Positions 24,085-33,785 of a stretch of 43,297 nucleotides of DNA are shown piece by piece. The position numbers were made by a program, and so were the translations under genes. The DNA comes from a virus. A model generated the notes under the pieces. It did not search any database. It was not told the origin of the DNA and worked only from the letters and a program-made list of their open reading frames with translations. Within the stretch, counting starts at the first letter, position 1; every line of letters begins with the position of its first letter. The stretch lies in the IMG/VR virus record IMGVR_UViG_3300045988_110724, positions 1 through 43,297 of that record. One strand, written 5' to 3'.

Positions 24085-26034
24085 CTAAATGTTTAATTCG
24101 CAGTTGAACACTGCTTTGAATTTAATGTCTTTTGCTGAAATAGTGAACATGAACCCATTATCATTCAGTCTTGTATCATCTAATGGAATCTTGCTGAATT
24201 CTGTCTCTCCGTGCCTTTTAATGAACCACTGCAGATATGCATTATCTCCAAATGTTTCTCTCAGTTTTGAAGAGTTATCAATCACAACTCCACCCACATA
24301 GATATTTACTGTGAATATAGTTGCCACATCACTGTTCTTGAATGTCGTACCATTTGATGATTCTATACACAACAATATAGAATCCTCGCCCTTAGCACCT
24401 GTGATGCATACAGGAGTGCTGTACGTGACTGTATTGTTGATCGTTGTGGCTGTTCTCTGCCATATATAGAATCCAGGACGCCAAGTCGGTGCAGTCTCTG
24501 ACCAACCTGTTTCTGGTGGTGTAACTCCATCGCTCGAACTAGCATACTCACATACGAATTTCTTTACTGAACCCTGTGCTTCTTTAAGCGCTTCATCAGC
24601 CTTATTCTCAACTCTTTCAAACGCTCTAATTTTCACTTCGCCTTTTTCGTTCACATATAGGCTAGGGTTGCTTATCTCCCCTTTATCATCTCTTTCACCT
24701 ATCTTAATAACACCGTTATCAAGGTTAAGTTCGAACATCTCTCCGGTTATAACGCCAGTCGTGATAGCATTGGCACTGAAATTTCCTTCCAGGTCAAATG
24801 CAATCTTTGCGAATGTTTTGCCGCCATCAACACTGTAGCCAAGACCGCCACTAGAGAATTTCCACATCTTAGTGTCATCACGTAGTGTCGGCGTGTTCAT
24901 GATAGACCAGCCACTAGGCTGCCCTTCTTCGTTGAAGTCTACTCTGTAATATCCACCGTTATGTCCTAGAATGTTCTCACTGTTTGTCTTGAGTGCATTT
25001 GTGAGTGTATTGTACAATCGCTTTACGACCAGCTGTGTAGGCGAGTTTGATGTACTCATCACAATCTCACCGTTAGAGCCTTTGCAAGTGATACTGTCCT
25101 TCATACCCGTCAGATTGAGTGTGTGCTCACTTAGAATGACATTGTGGAATACACCATTGTTATCTTCTACTTTAATGATGTCACTTATCTGAAGTGATGG
25201 ATTACCTCTCCATTCAACAGTCGATGGACTATAAGTAAAGCCATTCACTTTCTTGTATATTCCATCGAGAATTTCCCGTGTCATGTATGGATTCTCAAAC
25301 GATATGCCATAGCCGTTACCACTAATCAATCCATTGCAGGCCGCGCTTGTAATCCTTACATCATTATCGGATGTTAACTTGAATCCACTCTGAAACTGAT
25401 TATCCCATTTGACTTTAAAGCCACTGTCTTTAAACCAGTAGCCTATCAGTTTGTTGCTTTCATTCATGCGACCGTTCAATCCCATAAGTCCTAGGCAGTA
25501 GCCCATGAATGTTTTACAGGTGATGTTTTCCTGGTAGCCATCCAATGTAATGCTTGGGATATTGTCAATTGCAGATGTGATATTACACTGTCTGCATATA
25601 TCTTGTATTACTTCTTCTAATAACGCTGGATATTTAATGCCTGGCTTGTATTCTGCATTCATTCTATAGATGCTATCGTAGCCGCTGACAGTGACGATCT
25701 TACTGCCCATGCTGCTTTCTATCTCATCTATATAGAATGTTCCTTTATCCACAAACTCATATTTACCATTCACAAGCAGTCCACTTTGAATGCTGAATAT
25801 TCCGTTTTTTAAAGGGATTGTATTGTCGGGCATTTCGAACTCCACGACTGCCTTCGCACTGTTGAGTTCACCAATTGTGACTTTTTCATCAGAATTCGCT
25901 ATCTCATTCAGTGAAACAGAGATAACTTTATCATCATCCAATAAAGTATTTCCGTTGAATTTCACTCTTGCTTTAATGCTTCTAGAAGGACCAACTATAA
26001 CATCTTGATATTGTCTGCTTGTGTTAATCATCAT
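24085..26034 (-). CDS. Tail tip / baseplate hub protein (Tal-like phage minor structural protein)
   Basis: 649 aa, two genes downstream of the tape measure. The C-terminus carries the same PPETGWSETAPTWRPGFYIWQRT module as the fibre genes. Confidence 0.6.
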   Translation of the reverse strand: MMINTSRQYQDVIVGPSRSIKARVKFNGNTLLDDDKVISVSLNEIANSDEKVTIGELNSAKAVVEFEMPDNTIPLKNGIFSIQSGLLVNGKYEFVDKGTFYIDEIESSMGSKIVTVSGYDSIYRMNAEYKPGIKYPALLEEVIQDICRQCNITSAIDNIPSITLDGYQENITCKTFMGYCLGLMGLNGRMNESNKLIGYWFKDSGFKVKWDNQFQSGFKLTSDNDVRITSAACNGLISGNGYGISFENPYMTREILDGIYKKVNGFTYSPSTVEWRGNPSLQISDIIKVEDNNGVFHNVILSEHTLNLTGMKDSITCKGSNGEIVMSTSNSPTQLVVKRLYNTLTNALKTNSENILGHNGGYYRVDFNEEGQPSGWSIMNTPTLRDDTKMWKFSSGGLGYSVDGGKTFAKIAFDLEGNFSANAITTGVITGEMFELNLDNGVIKIGERDDKGEISNPSLYVNEKGEVKIRAFERVENKADEALKEAQGSVKKFVCEYASSSDGVTPPETGWSETAPTWRPGFYIWQRTATTINNTVTYSTPVCITGAKGEDSILLCIESSNGTTFKNSDVATIFTVNIYVGGVVIDNSSKLRETFGDNAYLQWFIKRHGETEFSKIPLDDTRLNDNGFMFTISAKDIKFKAVFNCELNI

Positions 26035-26049
26035 CGCCCCTCCTTCTGA

Positions 26050-26412
26050 TTATTTCTCGATAAGGTTGAATGTTATATTATCCCATATCCATTCTTGACT
26101 TGCCCTATCATATTTGAACATCTGACAGTTTCTATCACCGACATAAGCTGTCATTGTTCGTTTCCCAAGTTCCGGATCTAGGTATGTGACAGTAACGAAT
26201 TCATCCTTGACGGCTTGCAACAGGCGTTCTGCCTTTGACTGCGGAATAGCAGCGAAAGTCAAGATGACTTTTTTCTTGACCCCCGCTCTATCTCGTAGCA
26301 TATCTCCGTTTTGGTTTCTTCCGCTTCCGTCCTCCCTGTCAACATCGCTTAGCTGTACTTCGTATTTGCTAGGGAAACACCCGTAGCCATTTATTACTAG
26401 AATATATTCCAC
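26050..26412 (-). CDS. Small tail protein in the distal-tail-protein position
   Basis: 120 aa, directly downstream of the tape measure. Assignment is by position only. Confidence 0.4.
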   Translation of the reverse strand: MEYILVINGYGCFPSKYEVQLSDVDREDGSGRNQNGDMLRDRAGVKKKVILTFAAIPQSKAERLLQAVKDEFVTVTYLDPELGKRTMTAYVGDRNCQMFKYDRASQEWIWDNITFNLIEK

Positions 26413-26427
26413 GTTGTCTCCCTCCTT

Positions 26428-29400
26428 TTAGAATAATAAAGGACTATGTCCTGTCTGCTTGACTTTGCCATTATGGTATTCGATGACAGACTCACCGATT
26501 GCTCTGCCGTTAAGAACGTTCTGTACTGTGATTCTCGTAGTACCACCATTGTTAGGACTATTTACGCCAACCATCGCACTTCTTACGGCACTTGCGATAC
26601 CCTGTACAATCTGATCGTTGTTCGCAACGGCAGTTCTGCGTCCGATACGACCTACTAATTCCGGACCAGCTTCTCGAGCAATGAACATCTGACCTGTGTC
26701 CGGAAATCCACCTCCAGCACGTAAATCAATATTAAATCCAAAATTCCCTATTTTTAATACTTTCTTGGCAACTTCAAGACCCAATTTTATTGGTTTAAAA
26801 GTAGGAATTGAATTTAGAAAAGATGCTAGGGTTTTCTCAGCAGTCTTTGTAGCCACTTTAAATTCTGCTTGGTGAGACTCAAACTGCTTTTTACTGTTTT
26901 TACTAGTCTTATCAACTTCGTTAGTGACTTTATGACTGTCGTTGCTGATTTTCTTGGCTAGGTTGTCAATATACTTCTGACCTTGCTCAGTACCATTCTT
27001 TTGTGCATCTTTCAATTCGTTTACGTAGCGTTTTCCGTCTTTGCTCTTTTTGTCGATTCCATACTTATCAAGTAAAGACATCAAGGCATTGTACTGCTCT
27101 TTTTTAACTGCTTTGATATCATCAGCCTGCTTTTTCAGATTATCATACTGTTTCTTTAACTCAGCCTTATCGGCTTGTGTTAATTCAGCACCTTTTGCTT
27201 TTGCAGTAGAAAGCATCTGCTCGTAAGTCTTGCCTTGACTGAATGCTTTCTGAGCCAAGTCACCAAGCAACTGAATTCTCGCTTGTTTGCTCGCTTCCTG
27301 TTCTGTCTTACTTAATGTCTGCCATACTTTTCCGTTTTCATCGCACTTGGCGTTAAGGTCATTTAAACCGTTCGCTAAAGAACTGTATGTATAAGTGCCA
27401 TCTTTCGCTAACACTCCATATTGTTCGACAATAAATGCAGTAGAACTTTCAACAGTTCCATCAGCAGACTGTATTGCAGCATTGTATTCGTTCAAGCCAT
27501 CGGTGATGCTTGTGACTTTGTCTTTAGCACTGCCTACAGCTTTGCCATACTTTTCAGTTATTTCTAGCTGCTTGTGATATTCTTCCGTTAAAGAAGCACT
27601 TGGCTCCTGTCCACTCTCCCACGCTTTTTTGAGTTTTCCGAGGAGTTCTTCTTCTCTTTCTTTTGATTTATTGTACTTACTAGTTGCTTCAGTTAACTGT
27701 TCTTGGGCTTTGATTCTTTCCTTCTCTGCCTCAATGAATTTTTCACTGTATGCTTCGATAACAGCTTTTCGCTTAAGCGCTTCAATGTTTTCGTTGATTT
27801 TTTGTTTTTCTTCATCCCAGTTAGAAATAACACCGTCATGAATTTCGATATTCGTTCCTAATCGGTTGTTGAGTTCATCAACGAAGAATTGTGCCTGCTT
27901 TACAGTGCCTGTAATTTTACCGTTCGCATCTACGATTCCATATAATCTGCTAGCATAATCCTGTGCAACAAGAGCATTTTTTTGTCCTTGCTCTGCGTTC
28001 TTTCTCGCTTCTGCATTGGCTTTTTTCCATTCTTGTGCCTGTTCTTTCAATCCATCAGAAAGTCTCTTAGCTGATGATAATGCTCTTTCCTGTGCATCAG
28101 AATTATCCTTAACTCTGCTTGTAAATATTGCTAATGCAGCGACTGCGATAGTTATAGCACCAGCAACAGCCACTAATGGATTGGCTGCAAGGAACGCAAA
28201 TGCACCACCTAATAAACCTGTTGCAGTTGTTGCTCCACCTTCAGCCACGGTCAATACACCGAGTTTTGTACCTAACGCAGTAACGGCGGTACTTACTCCA
28301 CTTAGTATACCGTTGGCATCATTTAATCCTTTGAAGCCAGTGACTAATGTATCAAGTGCCTTATGTGACTTAACAAAATCCTGTACTAAAAGTTCAAGTG
28401 CAGAGATTCCTTCACTCTTGAAAAGTTCAAATACTACCTTCAACTTGCTTACGGTACTGTTTACATCGTTCAAGTCATTGATTACTTTGCCCCACTTCAT
28501 AGAAGCGATAAGCGTTGCTACAGTGGTAGTTAATGCTGCTAACAACGTTTTTGACTGACCGATAGCCTTCAATGCTTTTCCTAATGCACTGATGCCAACC
28601 AAAATAGTGTTCCCTACTAATTTTCCTAGGGCAACAGCTAATTTTTCAAGGAAAGTGATGAATGGTCTTAAATTCTTAAGAGCAGCACTGACTCCCTTCA
28701 AAGCATCTGCTAAAGCACTAACTCCTGTAGGAATAACTTTTTCAATGCCCCATTTTGCTAATGGTAACAGTACATTCTTGAATGCATCACTTAGATATTT
28801 CCCTACGATATCTGAAAGTTCTTTAAAAGCCTTTGACAAACTATAAGCGCTCTTTAATGCAGGCTTGAAATCAAGATAGAAAGCAAAATTGCTCAACTGC
28901 TCACTAATGTCTTCAACAGAATGAAGTAAATTATTTGCAGCATCCCATAGATTCTGAATGATCTTTGTTCCTAATCCGGCTTCATCCCATGCTTCTCTGA
29001 AACGCTTTGCTAGATATCCGACAAAATCGCATAAGTTCTTAACGATTAGCAGAATTTCACTTACCGTCTTCTTGCCTGTGCCGTTCTGCCATACCTCTCC
29101 AAATGATTTGCCTATACTCTTTGTGAGTTTGAATAATTCATCCAAAGCAAACTTAAAACTGTCCATGACCGCCTTGCCATACTTGTTCCAACTGTCAGTG
29201 ACAGGCTTAAATAGTTCCTTTAACTTCTTTTCTATTTCGTCTGTGTCTTTCTTTAAGCCTTTTAAGAAATCATATTGTGGCAAGTCGATATCACCGATAC
29301 CACCACCGCCACCGACTCCACCAGAGCCTCCTCCACCGCCGGAGCCGCCACTGTCAGAGTCGTTCTTTGGACTGTTTAGAATGTTTAATTCATCAAATCC

Positions 29401-30792
29401 TAATGTCTGTAGTTCTTTCTTTAGGTCTTTTACTTTCTTGGTTGCTCCACCCACTGATGAGCCTGCATCCTTAGCACTGTCTGCCATATCATCCATAGCA
29501 CCAGAGCCTTTTTCTAAGTCGCTATAATCAATGGTTGGTAATTTAAATCCGAACAAGCCTGCTACAAAACTAGCAAACTTGTTTAAAAGGTCAACTGCTA
29601 CCTGTATATATGGAATTACTGCCGTAGCAAATACGCTCGCAATATTACCAATTGCACGTCTAAGTACATGGAACTGCTGTGTCAAAATACGTACAGCGTT
29701 ACTAGGCGTATTGATTGTACGTGCCATATCATTGAATACATCTACCTTGCTGGCATTATTCATGATAGTGATGTATCTCATGATTGCCTGTGTGTTCTGA
29801 TCCCAGGTACTTACGTTGCCTTGTAAACCATATTTAAGACCTGTCTGTTTAACCATTGCGACAGACACATTGTTACCATACTCCTTCAAGCCTTTAATCT
29901 GTCCGGACATGGCACTCTGTATTTTATCGAAAGCAGTGCTTACATCTACGTTCATTAAAGAACTATAGTCATATGATAACTGTGTTAGGTTCTGCGACAT
30001 TATCTGTGCTTTGTCACTTGCTACGCCAAAGCCTTCAATCATCATATTAAGTGTGCCCTGGTACTCCATCCACTTACCTGGATCGATGCCCATAGCATCA
30101 CTGACTTTTTGAGCAAATTCGCCAGCACTTTGTGCAGCACTGCCCATTGCAACATTGAACAGATTTAACTGTTCTATGTATTCAGCACTTTCATTATAAA
30201 AGAAACCGAACGTCGAATTCAGTGACGAGAAAGTAGAATGTATTCCTCTTGCTCCGCTTACTAAAGAACTGATTGCTGAAAACAGTCCACCTGTATGAAC
30301 CTTAGCACCTCTAGATTTAGAATTATAGGTATCTAGAGACTTGGATGCAGAGGCTACTGCACTCGGCATTTTACTAAACACATCAGACAGCTGATTGCCG
30401 TTCTGTGCAAGTGGTGCCATGGCACTTGAAATCTGATTCATCTGCCCGCTGAACTTGCCTAAGTCTGCTTGGTCTAGTTTGCTGATGGTTTTAGATATAT
30501 TTGATAAACTGTTCAAAGTTTTGCCAAGACCACTATCGCCGATTTTTTCTAAAGGCTTTAATGCTTCAACGAGATTTCTTATTCCTTTAGAAAAAGCGTC
30601 AACATTCTTGGTGTTTAAACCATTGACTGTCTTGTCAAGTCTTGAAAGAGAGTTCAAGGTAGTTGCAATATTGCCGTCAATCTTAATACCTTGATTTAAT
30701 CTTTGAAGTGCACCTGTCAACTTATCTATTGCGCTGACTGTTCCATCAACATCACTTTCGAATACTATCGATAATTTATCTATATCAGCCAT
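26428..30792 (-). CDS. Tail tape measure protein
   Basis: 1454 aa, highly alpha-helical and A/K/L-rich, with TM-like segments, a Gly-rich linker SGGSGGGGGSGGVGGGGG, and a position after the G/GT chaperones. Confidence 0.9.
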   Translation of the reverse strand: MADIDKLSIVFESDVDGTVSAIDKLTGALQRLNQGIKIDGNIATTLNSLSRLDKTVNGLNTKNVDAFSKGIRNLVEALKPLEKIGDSGLGKTLNSLSNISKTISKLDQADLGKFSGQMNQISSAMAPLAQNGNQLSDVFSKMPSAVASASKSLDTYNSKSRGAKVHTGGLFSAISSLVSGARGIHSTFSSLNSTFGFFYNESAEYIEQLNLFNVAMGSAAQSAGEFAQKVSDAMGIDPGKWMEYQGTLNMMIEGFGVASDKAQIMSQNLTQLSYDYSSLMNVDVSTAFDKIQSAMSGQIKGLKEYGNNVSVAMVKQTGLKYGLQGNVSTWDQNTQAIMRYITIMNNASKVDVFNDMARTINTPSNAVRILTQQFHVLRRAIGNIASVFATAVIPYIQVAVDLLNKFASFVAGLFGFKLPTIDYSDLEKGSGAMDDMADSAKDAGSSVGGATKKVKDLKKELQTLGFDELNILNSPKNDSDSGGSGGGGGSGGVGGGGGIGDIDLPQYDFLKGLKKDTDEIEKKLKELFKPVTDSWNKYGKAVMDSFKFALDELFKLTKSIGKSFGEVWQNGTGKKTVSEILLIVKNLCDFVGYLAKRFREAWDEAGLGTKIIQNLWDAANNLLHSVEDISEQLSNFAFYLDFKPALKSAYSLSKAFKELSDIVGKYLSDAFKNVLLPLAKWGIEKVIPTGVSALADALKGVSAALKNLRPFITFLEKLAVALGKLVGNTILVGISALGKALKAIGQSKTLLAALTTTVATLIASMKWGKVINDLNDVNSTVSKLKVVFELFKSEGISALELLVQDFVKSHKALDTLVTGFKGLNDANGILSGVSTAVTALGTKLGVLTVAEGGATTATGLLGGAFAFLAANPLVAVAGAITIAVAALAIFTSRVKDNSDAQERALSSAKRLSDGLKEQAQEWKKANAEARKNAEQGQKNALVAQDYASRLYGIVDANGKITGTVKQAQFFVDELNNRLGTNIEIHDGVISNWDEEKQKINENIEALKRKAVIEAYSEKFIEAEKERIKAQEQLTEATSKYNKSKEREEELLGKLKKAWESGQEPSASLTEEYHKQLEITEKYGKAVGSAKDKVTSITDGLNEYNAAIQSADGTVESSTAFIVEQYGVLAKDGTYTYSSLANGLNDLNAKCDENGKVWQTLSKTEQEASKQARIQLLGDLAQKAFSQGKTYEQMLSTAKAKGAELTQADKAELKKQYDNLKKQADDIKAVKKEQYNALMSLLDKYGIDKKSKDGKRYVNELKDAQKNGTEQGQKYIDNLAKKISNDSHKVTNEVDKTSKNSKKQFESHQAEFKVATKTAEKTLASFLNSIPTFKPIKLGLEVAKKVLKIGNFGFNIDLRAGGGFPDTGQMFIAREAGPELVGRIGRRTAVANNDQIVQGIASAVRSAMVGVNSPNNGGTTRITVQNVLNGRAIGESVIEYHNGKVKQTGHSPLLF

Positions 30793-30839
30793 ATAGTTTT
30801 AAACCTCCTTCCTTAAAAAATAAGGCTCTCGGTTTGGCT

Positions 30840-31235
30840 CTAAACTTTATATAGATTAACGAAGTTTCGCATCCACGCTTCTGCCTGGACCTCTGCTTCT
30901 TTCTTTAATTCTTCTTCTTGCTTTACCTCATCAAATTCATAAGGCTTATCAGCATAATTTTTGCACTGTTCCCCTTCCTTACGGCACCATGTATTGAACA
31001 CAATAGCCGATACGGCATCATAGATATACATTCCATTTATCCAAGCCATCTGATTATCATAATCAAACTTCATTTTCTTGGCTTTCTGATAATATACCGT
31101 AAGATATGGGTCACTACGCCAATACTGTTCATAGGTCATCCCTAGTGCAAGATAATAGGGAAACCACTCATTCATTAATTTCCTGTAATCGTTCGTGGAC
31201 GCATCAGCATCACTTTCGCTTTCTATACTGTCCAC
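30840..31235 (-). CDS. T-extension of the tail assembly chaperone, expressed as a GT fusion by -1 frameshift. It has no independent AUG.
   Basis: The frame is -1 relative to G. The ORF opens before the G stop, and the track start is an internal GTG. Confidence 0.7.
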   Translation of the reverse strand: MDSIESESDADASTNDYRKLMNEWFPYYLALGMTYEQYWRSDPYLTVYYQKAKKMKFDYDNQMAWINGMYIYDAVSAIVFNTWCRKEGEQCKNYADKPYEFDEVKQEEELKKEAEVQAEAWMRNFVNLYKV

Positions 31236-31549
31236 TCGATTGCGTTTTTTTCTGGTTCTCCTAGGAATTCGATTGGTTCAGAGAACATTTCTACAAGCAC
31301 TGCAAATAGATGCTCTTTATTGCCAAGATTCTTTAAAATATTTTCTCTTGTTTCGATATCTGTATCTTGATGATTCATTTCAAATGAATTAATGAATAAT
31401 TCATAAATCGCATCAAGTGGATTCTGAGCTGCTTTTTCAATTTCAAAGCCTTCTCCAACCATCTTACCGACAATTTCTCTTGTATAACCTAATTCATAAT
31501 TCTTGCCTTCGTATGCAAACTTGATTGTTGTGCTTTTTGATTTTTCCAT
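31223..31549 (-). CDS. Tail assembly chaperone G
   Basis: 108 aa between the major tail and tape measure genes. The slippery A_AAA_AAC lies 7 codons before its stop. Confidence 0.75.
   Translation of the reverse strand: MEKSKSTTIKFAYEGKNYELGYTREIVGKMVGEGFEIEKAAQNPLDAIYELFINSFEMNHQDTDIETRENILKNLGNKEHLFAVLVEMFSEPIEFLGEPEKNAIEWTV
31244..31250 (-). promoter_or_regulatory. Programmed -1 ribosomal frameshift heptamer A_AAA_AAC
   Basis: The minus strand reads cca gaA AAA AAC gca. A -1 slip gives ..KK RNRVDSIESE.., joining the 30840-31235 frame. Confidence 0.7.
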
Positions 31550-31578
31550 ACTTGCTTATCTCCTCTATAAATTATTAA

Positions 31579-31606
31579 AAAAAGGCGCCGATTAAAGCGC
31601 CTCTAA
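31579..31606 (-). terminator. Intrinsic terminator/attenuator after the major tail gene
   Basis: The minus strand reads AGGCGC-tttaatc-GGCGCCT followed by T7. Confidence 0.7.
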
Positions 31607-31607
31607 C

Positions 31608-32081
31608 TTATACGTTATCAGTGCTTTTTGCTCCCCATTCAGGTGCACCTGTAGGTGTGATATATAAGTTAGTTTCTAAGATGCTGTTTACTTCAATTGC
31701 TGGTAAACCTGTCTTTGATGGCTGACCACTAAAGTAAACAGATTTTGCTAACTTAGGATGCTTGATTTCAAACCATGTAGCCTTGCCTGTCTTTGCAGCT
31801 TCTTCGTACTTTTGAATTAAGGCATCCCAAACTGTAATGAGTTCCTCTGTTAGGTTTGCTGTGAACGCTAATGCTCCACCTAAGTCCTTTAAGCCTTCGA
31901 TATAAGTCTTGTACTCTGTTTCCATTAGATCAGTAGATTCTAAAGTTTCGGGACTTGGATTTAGTTCCGGAACGGACTTGATATCCGGAATTACAGTGTA
32001 CCCAGCAGTTGGTCTAGTGCCTGCTGTCGCTTCAACGGCATATCCTACAGTTACACCAGCTGTGTTGATTGCTACTCCCAT
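31608..32081 (-). CDS. Major tail protein
   Basis: 157 aa beginning MGVAINTAGVTVGYAVEATAGTRPT. Assigned by position upstream of the chaperones and by the terminator after the gene. Confidence 0.75.
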   Translation of the reverse strand: MGVAINTAGVTVGYAVEATAGTRPTAGYTVIPDIKSVPELNPSPETLESTDLMETEYKTYIEGLKDLGGALAFTANLTEELITVWDALIQKYEEAAKTGKATWFEIKHPKLAKSVYFSGQPSKTGLPAIEVNSILETNLYITPTGAPEWGAKSTDNV

Positions 32082-32092
32082 ATTTATCCTCC

Positions 32093-32482
32093 TTAATATT
32101 GTGTTTCATTTTCTTTCTTATATCTCATGATTCTTCTTGCTATAGTATCATCAGCGTTAACCATTGGCTGGTTAAGCATTCTGCAATAGCCATGAGTTTT
32201 CAAAACATTGTCAATTACTAACGATATCGATTTGCATATTTCTTCTTTCTGCTCTTTATCATTAGAATAGATTTCAATGTATTGAGTAATATGAGCAACA
32301 TTTTCCATCTCGTCAAATGTACTATATCGTTTGTTTACTACGTTGTTTTCTTGAATGATAGATACTGCCGGAAATCTAGGTGGTTCAGAAGATAATTGTT
32401 TTCCGATAATATAGATATCATGAAACTGTTTCCTAAGTTCATTTGCAATTTCAGCAAATAATCCATCTTCTTTGTCAATCAC
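32093..32482 (-). CDS. Tail terminator / tail completion protein
   Basis: 129 aa; synteny only. Confidence 0.5.
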   Translation of the reverse strand: MIDKEDGLFAEIANELRKQFHDIYIIGKQLSSEPPRFPAVSIIQENNVVNKRYSTFDEMENVAHITQYIEIYSNDKEQKEEICKSISLVIDNVLKTHGYCRMLNQPMVNADDTIARRIMRYKKENETQY

Positions 32483-32967
32483 TGTTGAAACACCTTCTTT
32501 ACAATATCAATAAGTTCTGCTCTCAAAGTCTCGTATGTGCCATGAGCGAACGGTCTAGAAGGCATACCTTTTGTCCACTGCCATTCGCCTTCATCACGAT
32601 AATACCACCCATCATCACCATGATTATTGACATCATAGTGATATCCGATGGTATCGTGTGGATGCGGCGAACGTGAGCCAACGATTCCGGTTCCGAATTC
32701 TACAAATAAAGCGTGGTCAGATGCATTGTAAATAGTGACTGTTCTACCTGTGCATTCATATGACACACTATTGATTAAATCGTCCTTAGAATAAGGCATT
32801 GGATAGGAATCTATCTCTCTGACCATCACTTCAAAGCCATGCTCGCCCAGTTCTTTCATGAGAACGGCCTGCTTATATTTCAGTGTTTTCTGATATTCCT
32901 TAAGACTAGAGATGGCTTGACTGATACTTTCATCGTTCAGCCTAACCTTTATATTCCTTGATTGCAT
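32479..32967 (-). CDS. HK97 gp10-family head-tail joining protein
   Basis: ALFVEFGTG motif and synteny. Confidence 0.65.
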   Translation of the reverse strand: MQSRNIKVRLNDESISQAISSLKEYQKTLKYKQAVLMKELGEHGFEVMVREIDSYPMPYSKDDLINSVSYECTGRTVTIYNASDHALFVEFGTGIVGSRSPHPHDTIGYHYDVNNHGDDGWYYRDEGEWQWTKGMPSRPFAHGTYETLRAELIDIVKKVFQQ

Positions 32968-33280
32968 ATCTCTTCTCCCTCTTGCTTACTGCGACTTTTG
33001 TCACTACGTAATTGTGGGTCTCTGACGTATCGACGCCAATCCATAATCTAGAATATTCATCAATAGGGCAGTTAGTATCTGTCGTAACCATCTCTCTGTC
33101 ATAATCAGTATCTTTACCGAATACGTTATAATTCGAATCGCCTTTTGCTGCAGAAAGTGAAATTTTTAATTTTGTCGGCTCAGTATAGCCGCCTATTCTG
33201 TTGCCGTATTTATCCGTAGCACTATCCTTTTGGAACAGTGCATAGTAGATTGTGAACTGATCTCTCTTGAAGTTTCTCAT
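32942..33280 (-). CDS. Head closure protein (head-tail adaptor)
   Basis: 112 aa; synteny. Confidence 0.5.
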   Translation of the reverse strand: MRNFKRDQFTIYYALFQKDSATDKYGNRIGGYTEPTKLKISLSAAKGDSNYNVFGKDTDYDREMVTTDTNCPIDEYSRLWIGVDTSETHNYVVTKVAVSKREKRYAIKEYKG

Positions 33281-33616
33281 TTAGAATACCTTCGCTTTAG
33301 GAATAATTTCCCTTAAAAGTGCAGGCGAAACATCGGCGCTTGCCCATTGTCTTGTTACTGCATTTTCTGTGTGAGTCAGTTCTCCTTCTGCACCGGCTTT
33401 TGCAAATAATTCCACTGCAATTCTTATCTGCAGATCCTTGTATCTATTCTCAAGAATATATTCTCCGTTGTCATCAACAGGAAAATCATGATAAGGATAG
33501 CGATTTGAGAGGATGATTAACTTAGCACTTTGCAGAAGAACCACTAAATCATCGTCATCAACATCATCATCTTTTAATTTGATTCTTAGTATTTCTTCCT
33601 GTGTCATGTTTATCAT
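33281..33616 (-). CDS. Head-tail connector (gp6-like) protein
   Basis: 111 aa with an acidic N-terminal helix; synteny. Confidence 0.55.
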   Translation of the reverse strand: MINMTQEEILRIKLKDDDVDDDDLVVLLQSAKLIILSNRYPYHDFPVDDNGEYILENRYKDLQIRIAVELFAKAGAEGELTHTENAVTRQWASADVSPALLREIIPKAKVF

Positions 33617-33631
33617 CCCCTTTCATATTCA

Positions 33632-33772
33632 CTATTCCACTTCTTTTGCGAACTCTTTTTCAATGAGTTCCATTGCTCTGATTTCTGTGACTTTAATTAC
33701 ATCCCCTACTTTACGTAGGGTCTTTTTGTTTTTTGCGTCATAAAACGCTTTAATCACTTCTACTTTCTTCAT
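33632..33772 (-). CDS. Hypothetical 46-aa protein between the capsid and connector genes
   Basis: Hand translation MKKVEVIKAFYDAKNKKTLRKVGDVIKVTEIRAMELIEKEFAKEVE, with an AAAGGGG RBS. It is below the ORF-track cutoff. Confidence 0.45.
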   Translation of the reverse strand: MKKVEVIKAFYDAKNKKTLRKVGDVIKVTEIRAMELIEKEFAKEVE

Positions 33773-33785
33773 TCTCTACCCCTTT

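Noticed and set aside
26446-30694. Many plus-strand ORFs (60-189 aa) listed inside the tape measure gene, and similar antisense ORFs inside the primase (849-3735), tail (20599-25192, 25790-26386) and terL/portal genes.
   Set aside because: They lie antisense to long, motif-supported genes, lack RBSs, and have low-complexity or odd composition. They are typical shadow ORFs.
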